Below, in pieces: positions 31,084 to 41,949 of a stretch of DNA of 64,000 nucleotides. Each line of letters opens with the position of its first letter. The stretch's first letter is position 1. The position numbers and the translations under genes were made by a program. This DNA comes from Paramoeba atlantica (taxonomy: Eukaryota > Protista > Discosea): contig CDRNVI010000002.1 in assembly GCA_977017575.1 (NCBI GenBank), forward strand, positions 930,001 to 994,000. The letters run 5' to 3'. The notes under the pieces were generated by a model. It was given only the letters and a program-made list of their open reading frames with translations. It was not told where the DNA came from and ran no database searches.

Positions 31084-34000
31084 ATGCGTCTGGAAAATTT
31101 AATAAAAAGGCAACCCCAGCAGAACGTACGTTTCGGTGCACGTCTTGAGCCCCCTCTAAAATCAGGCACATGCTCCCGTCATTCTTCTTTAGACAAAACG
31201 AGGCAATCAGTGGCTCTTGCCGGAGATGGAATAGTATCAACGACTTCATTACGCGCAAATTACGGAATTTTGTTTCGAAACTCACCTTTCACTGCGCAAA
31301 GGTCTCATTACGCGCGAAGTAGTGCACTCTTCACTCCACTTTTTAAGCCTTTTAGTGCTGGAGATGAAGCGGAATTGGTCTCTGTTCTTACCACACGGCC
31401 TCGACACGTGCTAAGAAAAGTTCGGTTGATGGTGGAGGGCAGTCGACAGCGTCTCGCCACATTTCGAAACACAGTTACATACTTAATGATTGTTCTTCAA
31501 GCCCAACTGCAGAAAAAGGTATTGAGTGCAGAAGCCGCAACTGAGATTATAGCCGTCATCTTGGAGGAGTGTACCAAATGGGATACCTCTGACCTTGCCC
31601 ATTTACTGTTTCGCGCCTCATTGCGTTTTGCCAAATACGGCGTGAAGACCTCTCCCAGAACAATGCATCTTTTACTTCAATCTTACAAAAATGCAAAGAG
31701 TGCCCGAGAGTTGATGCTCAAACTCGGGGGTGAATTACAAGGCAAGTCGAGCACTGAATCATTGGCTATCGCGGCGTATCTTTTTGCAAAGGATCCTGCA
31801 AGGGCGGAAAAGGTCAGGGCTGATTTAAAGCAGAAAGGTCCGCTTACGATAAATGCTTACCAAGGGCTTGTAGAAGGATATGCGCGTCTAGGAAATACAA
31901 ACAAAGTGGTTGAGAACATTAAAGAGTGTGTAAACGCAAAAACAATAGGAAGAGAACCAGAATTAGAAGACAGTGATGACGGCGAAGCTGTTTACACTGC
32001 AAAAAGCGCGCCAAATAGAAAAGAAATTGTCAACATGCTTGTTGAGGATGCCCTATGCTCGTTTCCAGCCGAATATGGCAAGGCGGAGGACGCGGAAAAA
32101 ATTGTGCAACTTTGTGAAAGGCATGGGACCGGAAAACTCTCTGACGAAACTTTGGGTCATCTCGTCCGACTTCTCTTAAGCCGCGCACAAGACAGTCAAA
32201 GCATTATGAAGGTAGAGGAAAGAGCTAAATCGTTATCACGCTCTCGCGGGGCATCCGGAGAAGAGGGTACTGTAGGGGAATCAAAAATGGGTATTCACGT
32301 CCTTTCAGCTATCGTATCCGCCTTGAGTCGTGTACGAGACGAGGAGTCCAAAGCTTCGGACGGGATAATGCGAGAAAAAGTCAGCTCTTTGCGACTCGTC
32401 TTGGAACAACGCTTGGAAAGCGTCGAAACACGTGACGACGTTACGGGAAAACATTTAAGCATTCTAGTGCGAGGGTATTCTGCCTTGGGAGATAGTGAGG
32501 GGATGAAAAGTATTGTTTCCATGTTGAGAACGAAAGGATACACGTGTGACACCACGATTTACATCGAACTGCTTCGAGGCTTTGGTTCCATGGGTAATGT
32601 AAAAGATTTGCTTGCCTTAAAAGAGCAAATGGACAAGGAAGGAGTATTTCAAAATGCAGCTTCTTACGCCGCCCTTTTTCGGGGGCTCGGAAAATACTAC
32701 CCAACCTTGCTTGATCGATATGAAAAGGAGATGAGAAGTCGTGGAATTCGTCACGAGCCGGTAACTTATTGCGCGCTCATCCCGCTCTACAACGATATGC
32801 AAAATTTGAATAAAATTGACGAGTACGTTGCTGACATTCATCGCCGTCACGAGCGCGGAGAGTTCATGTTCACATTTCCGATGATGTGTGCAATTCTTCG
32901 CGCTTACGTTTCAGATTTCGAGCGTGCTTCACGATATATCGATGTTGCTACAACACTGAGCCTTGATTCTGATCCTATGGTACAGTCTTGTATTTGCTCC
33001 GTGTACACCTACCATGAAAAAATGGATGAGCTGCTCTTGTTTTTAAAACGCACTTCAAGTTACGGTATTGAAGTCTACAATCAGCTTATCTCGTATTACG
33101 GCCGCAAAGGAAATTGGGAAAAGCTCAAGGAAACGTTACAAAACCTGCGTGTCAGTCGAATTCCTTACAACGAGCACACCTACACCGCTCTTGTCCATGT
33201 CTACGCCAAAAACAAAGCGGTCAACAAAATCGCAGACCTGCTCCAAGACATCAAAGATTCTCATATGTATATCAGTGCCAATTTCTACAGCGCTGTCGCT
33301 CTCGCGTACCAAACCTGTGAGAACAGCTCAGAGGTGGAGGTCGCGTGGCGTGATCTCCTTGCCAGTCGCGTCCCTATTCCCACCCGGGTGTATAATCAAT
33401 TCCTTGAGCTGTTTGTGGAGCAAAATAACTTTCCGCTAATCCAACAAGTTCTTGGCACAATGATGTCTCGCCTTCCACCGAATTCTATTACCCTCACTAC
33501 TGTTATTGACATGTTAGGGAGGTTAGGGCGAGTAGAGGAGATGGAGTCCGTCTTTGAGGAGATGGTCCAGTGCGCGGAGGCCCAGCCTACCGCGGTGACT
33601 TACCATCACATGATGTCTGCCTACGCAAAGCGAGGAGATGTGACAAAGATGGAGACCATGCGTCGGAAAATGCACGAAGTGGGGTGCTACGATGACAGCG
33701 GGGTGACCTATAACGTGCTTTTGGTAGGCTACACCCGCGCGAAACAGTTTGAGAAGATTCCGGAGATTATTGCAGAGCGAGAGAAACGGGGGATGCCGAT
33801 GGATGACATTAGCTATGGTGTCCTGATTCGCACCTACGGATTCTGTCAATTGGAGTCTCGATTAGACGAAGTGGTGCGAAAGGTGGAGACGCAACTTGCC
33901 GAATCAGGCTCGGCGTCTCCAAACGTTGATAATGCTAAACGACCCATGGGCCTCCGGCTGCTGTTCTCTATTGCATCTGCGTACCAAAGCTGCAATCACA

Positions 34001-34455
34001 AGGCCAAGGTACACCACTACGGGGAACAAGTGCTAACGCACCCCCAACGTGGGTTGCGTGAAATTAACGGTATTCTGGTTCTCTACTGTAGAATGAGCGA
34101 CTCCGAGGCTATCGAGAGCGTCCTGGGGCGTTTCGGTTCCGTGCAGAATGCAATGTTATACAACACCGCGCTACGTGGGCTTGCGCGGTCCAAACTATGG
34201 GATCGTGTTCCCTCGTTGCTGGATCGCATGAAGGCCACGGGGGTAGGGGTGGATGCCACAACCGGGATGGAACTCAGTGCTGCCCTCATGAAAAATGGAG
34301 ACATGGAACTTGCCAAGCGAGTATTGCTCCTGCAACAGAGCGACGACAGTGTCCGAGCTCGAAAAGGGAAGAGAAATGTTTCCTCGTCCAGAGTGCGTGA
34401 GGTTGAGGCACAAAAGGCCAAAATAGAAGCCGACCTGAAGGATTCTTTTATATAG
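31084..34455 (+). CDS. Pentatricopeptide-repeat (PPR) protein, likely mitochondrial
   Basis: Many 35-aa repeats, e.g. TYTALVHVYAK, TYHHMMSAYAKRGD, TYNVLLVGYTRA. Confidence 0.9.
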   Translation: MRLENLIKRQPQQNVRFGARLEPPLKSGTCSRHSSLDKTRQSVALAGDGIVSTTSLRANYGILFRNSPFTAQRSHYARSSALFTPLFKPFSAGDEAELVSVLTTRPRHVLRKVRLMVEGSRQRLATFRNTVTYLMIVLQAQLQKKVLSAEAATEIIAVILEECTKWDTSDLAHLLFRASLRFAKYGVKTSPRTMHLLLQSYKNAKSARELMLKLGGELQGKSSTESLAIAAYLFAKDPARAEKVRADLKQKGPLTINAYQGLVEGYARLGNTNKVVENIKECVNAKTIGREPELEDSDDGEAVYTAKSAPNRKEIVNMLVEDALCSFPAEYGKAEDAEKIVQLCERHGTGKLSDETLGHLVRLLLSRAQDSQSIMKVEERAKSLSRSRGASGEEGTVGESKMGIHVLSAIVSALSRVRDEESKASDGIMREKVSSLRLVLEQRLESVETRDDVTGKHLSILVRGYSALGDSEGMKSIVSMLRTKGYTCDTTIYIELLRGFGSMGNVKDLLALKEQMDKEGVFQNAASYAALFRGLGKYYPTLLDRYEKEMRSRGIRHEPVTYCALIPLYNDMQNLNKIDEYVADIHRRHERGEFMFTFPMMCAILRAYVSDFERASRYIDVATTLSLDSDPMVQSCICSVYTYHEKMDELLLFLKRTSSYGIEVYNQLISYYGRKGNWEKLKETLQNLRVSRIPYNEHTYTALVHVYAKNKAVNKIADLLQDIKDSHMYISANFYSAVALAYQTCENSSEVEVAWRDLLASRVPIPTRVYNQFLELFVEQNNFPLIQQVLGTMMSRLPPNSITLTTVIDMLGRLGRVEEMESVFEEMVQCAEAQPTAVTYHHMMSAYAKRGDVTKMETMRRKMHEVGCYDDSGVTYNVLLVGYTRAKQFEKIPEIIAEREKRGMPMDDISYGVLIRTYGFCQLESRLDEVVRKVETQLAESGSASPNVDNAKRPMGLRLLFSIASAYQSCNHKAKVHHYGEQVLTHPQRGLREINGILVLYCRMSDSEAIESVLGRFGSVQNAMLYNTALRGLARSKLWDRVPSLLDRMKATGVGVDATTGMELSAALMKNGDMELAKRVLLLQQSDDSVRARKGKRNVSSSRVREVEAQKAKIEADLKDSFI

Positions 34456-34826
34456 TAGTTACAGTAGTATACTATCACAAACTTACCGTTAGTTATCACA
34501 AACTTACCGGTAGTGGTACTGTTTTCAGATAGAAAGTATCTTTCACTTAACTTTTTGTAGATACACATTTGTGGATATATTTTGTTAGTTTATTTAATAA
34601 CCACATTACTTAACGGATGTTCACTTGAATAAGGGCAATAACATGACCGTTGGAGCAATAGAGATATTTCTATTGTACAGATTAAATTTCTCTCATTATT
34701 TTCGAAAAAACAAAAAAGGAATAATGAAAAGGCTTTATCACTCTTACCTTTAAGCACTATTTTACTAGAAAATTTGAATCATATAGTTGTAAGTTATCTT
34801 ACCTCACTAATAACACTCCCCCCACC

Positions 34827-36122
34827 ATGGACTCTCTACTCATTACGGAGGACACTGTCGAGACGGCACAACTACGGTACGACGCTCTTGTCGCTGAATT
34901 TGCCTTCCTCGAGAAAAAACTAGAACAAGTCAACCCGGTAGTACGCGAGGAGTTCCTTAAAGATCGTGAGGAAAAAGCCATGACGGAGATTGAGGCCAAA
35001 TGCCGTTCTGAGGCTGCGGAACTCACCCAGCGACGGGAGTTACTTGACAAGGAGCTGCGCGCCGTCGACGCCCGTGTGGAGAAACTACGCCACGACGCTC
35101 TGGAGTTACAGCCGGAGACCTTCGACCACAGCGAACTCCACGCACGGCTCTCCGCTTTACGTGATGAAATCTCCCGTGAGAACACCCGACTGACTCGTGG
35201 ACCTCATGAACGTCTCGCTGCTCACGCGAACGCCCTGGCAGAGTTGTACCAAACGCGGTGTGATGTGGCACAGAGTCGTCTACGACTCGTCGAGGGGTTC
35301 CGTCACACCGCACAAGCCCTTGAACAAACATTAGCAGATTCCGCAGCCCAGCAAGCTACATGGGAAAATGTCACAGAGCACATGGAGAGTGCGCAACAAA
35401 ACGAGATAGCTACCGCTCGGGAACGACAAGGAATTGAGGCAGAGTTCGCGGCCCAGGAGCTGACCTACCACGAGGGGGCGACACAGAAATGGGAGCAGTT
35501 GGAACACGAGACCCGTCACCTGGCAGCGCTACAGCAGGAGCACAGTGAGGCAGTAGCTCGGCTAAACACACTGGAGTCCGAGTGTTACACTCTGTCTGCG
35601 GTACAAAGCGCAGAGGTCGCCCAGCTCCGTCGACAAATTCAACAGGAGGTGACACAAAAAAGAGACGGTCTTAGGGAGGTACAGGAGGCCGAGACGACGC
35701 GCGTACAGGATGCCCATCAGCTGGAATTGGAGAAACTACATTTGCTCCGTGAGAGTGTGAGCAAGGAACAGGAAGCGGATTTCACGATCACACATCAGCT
35801 TGTTGCTTCACTTGACAGTGCGATAGAAGGATTAAGGCAGCAAGCCGCGGAGGAGGACATAATGCGGTATAGGCATGTTGAAGCTCAACATTCGGTGGTT
35901 GCGCTTCGACACGCATTATCTGAGTTGTATGGCACTATTGAGGTGCAAAAACAGTCTATTATTGATTTAGCACAGGAATATGAGCAGGTCAAACAAAGCA
36001 TATCGGGTATTAAGGTGCAGACTACATTGACCAAAGGCGTGGGGTTGTATCCTGGAGGTACCACAGGCCTGACACCATACAAGACTCCTAGACGTTTGCA
36101 GACTACTCAAACTTTTGAATAA
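34827..36122 (+). CDS. Coiled-coil protein
   Basis: 431-aa E/Q/R/L-rich heptad pattern. No specific family. Confidence 0.8.
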   Translation: MDSLLITEDTVETAQLRYDALVAEFAFLEKKLEQVNPVVREEFLKDREEKAMTEIEAKCRSEAAELTQRRELLDKELRAVDARVEKLRHDALELQPETFDHSELHARLSALRDEISRENTRLTRGPHERLAAHANALAELYQTRCDVAQSRLRLVEGFRHTAQALEQTLADSAAQQATWENVTEHMESAQQNEIATARERQGIEAEFAAQELTYHEGATQKWEQLEHETRHLAALQQEHSEAVARLNTLESECYTLSAVQSAEVAQLRRQIQQEVTQKRDGLREVQEAETTRVQDAHQLELEKLHLLRESVSKEQEADFTITHQLVASLDSAIEGLRQQAAEEDIMRYRHVEAQHSVVALRHALSELYGTIEVQKQSIIDLAQEYEQVKQSISGIKVQTTLTKGVGLYPGGTTGLTPYKTPRRLQTTQTFE

Positions 36123-36318
36123 GGACTTTTCATACTGTATATTCTATAATACCTTAGGTGCACTTCTGTATTGATTTTCCAAACTATGATGATCTAGGGT
36201 GCCGGTAATATCAATTGCATATTAATGAAAGGCGTCCGAACATTGCGTTTCGCGCATAGTCTTAGAATCAGTATGTTTCAGAACCGTTTTTCTTGTATTT
36301 CCAATTCAAAAAAATTCT

Positions 36319-37356
36319 ATGCCTACACGCGAAAAGCAACGCCGGGAACTGATGGAAGATTTTATTCTGGAAATTAGCCACTGTGATCGCGATCGCCACG
36401 AGCTTTTGCGTCAACTTCACCCATGCTACCCTTTTTTTCGTCATAGAAACTGTCCTCGTCGCGCTTCATGTCCGTACGCGCATACTAAAGCTCAGGTCCC
36501 TCGTACTCTTACCAATCTGGAAAAAATTCATGGTCTCAAACATGGGACGCTGACCAGAGAAAATGGGCGAGCTTGCGTAAATCAGATTGTAATTGAGCCT
36601 TTTTCGAGTGCGTTCTGTCCAGAGAAAATAAAAAAAGGTTACTGCTCCAACGCACCTTGTACTTCAGCTCACACCGCTTCAGAATTATGGCGCGCGATAA
36701 AATTAGTAACCAAGGCCCGGTGTCCTTCCACATCTCACGTCGATTTCAAAGGCAAAAGTGCACTATACATTTACTCTTCTCGGATATCTGCAAGCAATTC
36801 ACGGGATAGCTCTTCTTACGCAAACGGGAGGTCTGGACAAGTAATGCGCGATTCTACAAGCATACGCGTACCAGAGGAACCCTTTTGTGAAGAAGTTGTC
36901 GATCGGATCAACACGAAATCAGCAGTGGTTGAGTCACGAACACTTTCTGAAAGTCGCCCGGGAGATCAAGTGAACCACGAAAATGAATGCGCCCTTCGAA
37001 ATCGCTTACGTTTTTGTCAGAGTTTGATGCAGCGCGGCTGTTGTCCCCGTAGACAAGATTGTCCACATGCGCACAAGATGGGAGAAATACGAGTAGCCTT
37101 TCAAAAACTTCTACGCTTATGTGCCTACGATAAAAAGGCTTTCACTGCACGTATCCAGAGACAGGGGGCGCGAAAAACACAGTATCGCAATCTAAATGTG
37201 GAGCTACTGAAATCTCGTGCAATATTTTGTGAACAAATGATCAAGGAGAAGTGGTGTAGTCGTGAGAATGAATATCCATTTTCGCATCGTAGAGAGCTTA
37301 TGTTTGCTATATTGCAGTTAAAAGAATATCATGCGCACCGACGAATGTCACATTAA
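36319..37356 (+). CDS. Multi-CCCH zinc-finger protein
   Basis: CYPFFRHRNCPRRASCPYAH, CPEKIKKGYCSNAPCTSAH, CQSLMQRGCCPRRQDCPHAH and a degenerate fourth finger. Confidence 0.75.
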   Translation: MPTREKQRRELMEDFILEISHCDRDRHELLRQLHPCYPFFRHRNCPRRASCPYAHTKAQVPRTLTNLEKIHGLKHGTLTRENGRACVNQIVIEPFSSAFCPEKIKKGYCSNAPCTSAHTASELWRAIKLVTKARCPSTSHVDFKGKSALYIYSSRISASNSRDSSSYANGRSGQVMRDSTSIRVPEEPFCEEVVDRINTKSAVVESRTLSESRPGDQVNHENECALRNRLRFCQSLMQRGCCPRRQDCPHAHKMGEIRVAFQKLLRLCAYDKKAFTARIQRQGARKTQYRNLNVELLKSRAIFCEQMIKEKWCSRENEYPFSHRRELMFAILQLKEYHAHRRMSH

Positions 37357-38041
37357 AAATATGGATTGGTGCAACATCTTCACGTACAGGTGACATTTCC
37401 AAAAGCTTGCTTTTTTATAGTTATTCTTCTGTTATGATATCTTCTGTTATGATCATAACGCCGTATTAGTCCTATTTTTTGTGTACTAACTATTTTTTCT
37501 TGCCCTAAGTATTTTCTGATTTGAAATATCATTATGTTACGCTTTTTGGCGACGGATACATGCACTTGAATAAGACTTGTAGTTGTTATAAAAAGAATCC
37601 ATGTATACAGTGTTATATTTAATTACGCTTTTAAGGTTATTTTTGGACAAAATTAATCTTAATTAAATTGACTGTAAGATAATCCACTCGTAAATTAATA
37701 ATTTTTGAACACACCTTTTGAGTAATGTTTAAAAAAAACGAATTTCGCTTCGGTTTAGCCGAATTTTTCATTACGTAAGTATTTCTTGTGAGCATTAGTA
37801 CGCATAATTCTCTTATTCGAAATGTACACTATTTTACAAATATTGTTCATTTTTCGTTTCCGGCAATAATTATAAACTCAAAATATTAGGTGGCAGTGTA
37901 TGGTACTTTCAGTGCATTTTTTCGTCTTTTTGAGCAAAGTACTGTAGATTGGATTAACATTTTCACGGGATGAAGTCATCAGCAAATCGAAACTCCACGT
38001 CCTCGTTTTCGTAGCTTGTCCGCGCTCAAAATAGACACTCA

Positions 38042-39223
38042 ATGACAACTTTGAAAAAAATGATCCTACCGAAGAAAATGTTGGATGACATAAATGCAAT
38101 GGCTGCGATCATCTCCGGAATTTTATCAAAAAACGCAATTCGCGACCCGAATTATGTGGCCGCTGATGTTGATATGTGTAGCACTGGTGATCTCACACTT
38201 TCTATGGCGCAATACTTTCCAACAACTTGGTCAATTTACTCTGATCCAAGTCAATATAGTGAATTAGATCATCGTTTAAGAGGAGAAACTACTCCGATAT
38301 CTCGCTCTGATCAATCCAGTGTTTCTAATGGGAAAAGGGCCTCTTTTGATATGACTAATGCAGTGCTCCAGAGGAACCGTATTGAACTCGCTTGCAACTC
38401 AATTTATGACGGAGAAAATCTAAAGTTGCCTTTTCTAAATAGTTCTATAGATCTGATATTTGTGTCCCAGAAGATAAAAACTCTTCTACCAACCCAAATG
38501 TGCAGTTCAATAATGACAAATCTAGTTGACCCTACATCAATTAATAGCCTTTCACATCTTATCGAGGAAGGGTACCGGTGTTTGCGAACGGATGCAGGAG
38601 TATTAGTCATTTACGGTACGTTGTCTCCAGAACTTAGCGAAGTACAACTAGGTGACAGTAGTTGGATCCAAATACCGGACATGCCTCAAATACAAGAAGG
38701 ATGGCTAGAGATCAAGCGAGAGTTAGGTTTGTCCAAGAGTTCCTCACTTAAACACGAAAAAGAAATACTTACGAAAAATATAATGACCATGAAATGCACT
38801 CCTTTCGGAAAACATCAGCTCTCAAGCTCTTGGAGGTCACGTTCGTATTCCCGATTTACGCAATATTTTGATACAGCACAACTGACCCTTCCAGAATTTT
38901 ACCTTGAATTAAAGTCTTTGCCACAATATCAATTTTTCGTGCGTCCCATGAACGATCCAGAGACCGTCGGCTGCCACAGACATCACGATAATAATGTTGT
39001 CGAAAGTTTTTGTCTTTTTCTTCAATATAATAAAATTAAAAGAGTCCGATTGAGGCGTACTCATCGTCTTTTCCTGCTTTCCTCCTCAAGAAGCCTAATA
39101 CACCACGAATTATTGTTTATGAAAGATGATGAAACCTCAGTTTTCGATGCTACTAAATCTAGTGCACACTCTTTCAACCAAATTGAGAGTCACATCCACT
39201 TGTTAGGTCGAGAAAAGAAGTAA
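38042..39223 (+). CDS. Divergent class I SAM methyltransferase-like protein
   Basis: Degenerate motif I (ADVDMCSTGDLT), SSIDLIFVSQ, YRCLRTDAGVLVIYG. Confidence 0.5.
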   Translation: MTTLKKMILPKKMLDDINAMAAIISGILSKNAIRDPNYVAADVDMCSTGDLTLSMAQYFPTTWSIYSDPSQYSELDHRLRGETTPISRSDQSSVSNGKRASFDMTNAVLQRNRIELACNSIYDGENLKLPFLNSSIDLIFVSQKIKTLLPTQMCSSIMTNLVDPTSINSLSHLIEEGYRCLRTDAGVLVIYGTLSPELSEVQLGDSSWIQIPDMPQIQEGWLEIKRELGLSKSSSLKHEKEILTKNIMTMKCTPFGKHQLSSSWRSRSYSRFTQYFDTAQLTLPEFYLELKSLPQYQFFVRPMNDPETVGCHRHHDNNVVESFCLFLQYNKIKRVRLRRTHRLFLLSSSRSLIHHELLFMKDDETSVFDATKSSAHSFNQIESHIHLLGREKK

Positions 39224-39380
39224 AAAAACGTGATCCCAAATTAAATAAATAACTTTATAATGGAGCTTTAATCGTTGAAAATAACCCTGCTTAATGTAGA
39301 ATTCAAAATTATTTTTACTTGAAATTGGGTGTGTGTCATGTTTCACTCTTTTTATCAGCATTTTTCCGCATCTCGCGTTT

Positions 39381-41801
39381 ATGGAATTCGTCCCACTTTC
39401 CCCTTTATCCAGGGTGCATTGTAATCTGCTCAGCGTCGATTTGGGGTCCTCCGGCACATTTCGCGTTCTTCTTGACTGTGGGTGGAGGGAAGATTTCGAT
39501 CCATCGCTGGCGAAAGCGCTTCGTGGGTGTGCACCACTCTTGGATGCTATTGTAATTACGCATGGAACTGTGTCGCACATCGCAGCACTTCCCTATCTTA
39601 TTGGCGTCCTTCGCGTTTCGTGTCCCGTCTACGCTACTGTTCCGGCTACTCGATTGGGGCATCTAACATGTGTTGAAATGTTTTATAATCGCTCAACTGA
39701 TATTATTTTGCCCTCTGTAGATTGCTACACTGCTGCTGATATCGATACAACATTCTTTCCTAATCGTATTACCGAGGTTGATTTTGAGGAACGTGTCGAG
39801 CTTCCACGTGGCCTCACCCTTCAAAGTGTATGTGCGGGACATACACTTGGCGGGAGTGCGTGGAAAATCACTTCCATTTCGTCTGACACCATTCTATATA
39901 ATCCAGAGTGTTCAACAAGCAGAAACTTTTTTCTTCCTTCAATATCACAATTAAATTTTTTACGCTCAGAGATAATATTAGTGTCATCTTCTTGCGCTCG
40001 TCGCACAGTATGTTCGGAAAGTTTTGAAGCGTGCGCTGAACCAATTTTGAAAACGATTTGTGAAACGTTGCACAATAATGGGAATGTGCTTATACCATGC
40101 GATGCAGGTGTTGAGGTGCTTCCTTTCTTGCTTTACGTCGACCGCGAATGGCGTAAAAAGGGAATGGCAAATTATCCTTTGGTTTTCCTTTCTCATACAG
40201 CCATAATCTGGTCTGATCTCATTAAATCTCTTTCGAGCTATGCGTCAGAGGACGTGCAGCGTGCCGCACTTGAAGGAAAGAATAATCCTCTGGATTTAAA
40301 GCGACGCAAAAATATGTTATTTTGTCGGGATATTACTGAAATTCGTGAGCTCTCTGGACCGAAAGCGGTTTTTGCTACTCCTTTTAGCATGTGTGCGGGA
40401 TGGTCTCAAGAACTTTTATTGATGTGGTGCGATGACCCCAAAAACACTATCATATCTTTAGATCAGTCAAATAACGATGGCGTAATGAAACGAATTGTCG
40501 ATGACATGAACGAGGCGAGACGTCCTTCAACTTATACTTTGCGTGTTTTTTCTCGTGAAACAGGAGAAAAATATGATGATAGCATTTCGGAAACCAGTTC
40601 TTCCAGTTCCTCAACGCCCATAAAATCTCGAAATTTTAATAACCTTGACGAAATACATTCCCCTTCATCAGATGGGGAAATTGATCAAAATACTTCCCGC
40701 GAGCGAATTCTTAATCCCAAAGAAGGGGAAATACGTCCCGGAGTATTCGTCTCTCGAGAGGTTAGGGGGGCACTACGTAAAAACCAAGGACTACTTGCGA
40801 ATCCGGCCATCCTTCAGTTTCCTTTTTCAGATCCTACAAGTCCCACTTGTGCGGAATACGGTTCGGACATTCCGCGCGAGCTGCTTTGCGCGTGGCGAAC
40901 TCAGAAAGGCAGAGTCAAACCCAATGTAGAGCAGGTGAGAGAATCTCAGTCAGATGAGCGAAAAATATCAGAATATACATGTAATGCCCAAAATGATTCA
41001 GAGAATCACATTGATGAGCATGCTACAGAAATAGGTAGCTCTGCACTTCAAGAACACGGGGCGACACAGGTTGTAGGGAGGTTAGATCTTTCTAAGAAGC
41101 TTCGAAATTACAACGTACAGTGTCGCGAGCAAATAATGCAATTGCGAGCAAAGGTTTATTCCTCAATACTTGTTCCTTGTATGGACTTTACCGCTCTGAC
41201 ATCGGTACTACGTTCTCTTAGCGAAAAGACTCGTAAAGTGTGCTTCATAGGAAGTAAAGAAGAGAATGAGTCCGTTCGAGAATGGGTGGCAGAATATCTC
41301 CCAGAGTCACGAGTGTGGTATGCCGAGGATACAACAGCGAAGCTCGTTCTCTCTTCACCCATTCAGTGTACTATTCACATTCATCTCGAAACGCTTAAAA
41401 GTGGAAGACAGCATCATATTGCTAGCGAAGACTGTAATCTATTAACTCTACGCGGGGAATTTGTACCTTTCAAGGAGAGTAATGGAGATAGAGAAGCTGA
41501 AACTGAAAATGACGATTCGTCTCGTCGAGCTCAACAGGATCACTATTCTATTGTTCCATCTTCTGAAAAGGTGTATCATACACCTCCTACTGTATTTGTG
41601 GGAGAAAGCAGTTCATCTTCTATTTCTACGTCTCTTCAAAGGAGCTATGTAAATCATACCTCACACTTGGATATGCTAATGCTACAGGATTCTCTCTTAC
41701 TTCACAGCGAAAAACAGGGTGATTTATGTATGGAGATGGTGGTATCTTCTACTGCGTTGAATGCACGCAGAGCTGTACGGGCTCACTTTGTCGAAATATA
41801 A
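39381..41801 (+). CDS. CPSF2: CPSF100 (metallo-beta-lactamase/beta-CASP)
   Basis: VLLDCGW..DFD, DAIVITH...HIAALPY, AGHTLGGSAWKI, GNVLIPCD. First in-frame ATG at 39381. Confidence 0.85.
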   Translation: MEFVPLSPLSRVHCNLLSVDLGSSGTFRVLLDCGWREDFDPSLAKALRGCAPLLDAIVITHGTVSHIAALPYLIGVLRVSCPVYATVPATRLGHLTCVEMFYNRSTDIILPSVDCYTAADIDTTFFPNRITEVDFEERVELPRGLTLQSVCAGHTLGGSAWKITSISSDTILYNPECSTSRNFFLPSISQLNFLRSEIILVSSSCARRTVCSESFEACAEPILKTICETLHNNGNVLIPCDAGVEVLPFLLYVDREWRKKGMANYPLVFLSHTAIIWSDLIKSLSSYASEDVQRAALEGKNNPLDLKRRKNMLFCRDITEIRELSGPKAVFATPFSMCAGWSQELLLMWCDDPKNTIISLDQSNNDGVMKRIVDDMNEARRPSTYTLRVFSRETGEKYDDSISETSSSSSSTPIKSRNFNNLDEIHSPSSDGEIDQNTSRERILNPKEGEIRPGVFVSREVRGALRKNQGLLANPAILQFPFSDPTSPTCAEYGSDIPRELLCAWRTQKGRVKPNVEQVRESQSDERKISEYTCNAQNDSENHIDEHATEIGSSALQEHGATQVVGRLDLSKKLRNYNVQCREQIMQLRAKVYSSILVPCMDFTALTSVLRSLSEKTRKVCFIGSKEENESVREWVAEYLPESRVWYAEDTTAKLVLSSPIQCTIHIHLETLKSGRQHHIASEDCNLLTLRGEFVPFKESNGDREAETENDDSSRRAQQDHYSIVPSSEKVYHTPPTVFVGESSSSSISTSLQRSYVNHTSHLDMLMLQDSLLLHSEKQGDLCMEMVVSSTALNARRAVRAHFVEI

Positions 41802-41949
41802 GTTGAAATATGACGTTGAACTGTTTATTAAGTGGTATCTCAATTTATTTCCCTTTCCACTTTTCGTGGTCGTCGCTTCGAAAGCCTTTAACATAAATTT
41901 CTATAATTTTTGTAGAAGTGTCATACAAACAAAAGTAACATAATCAAAA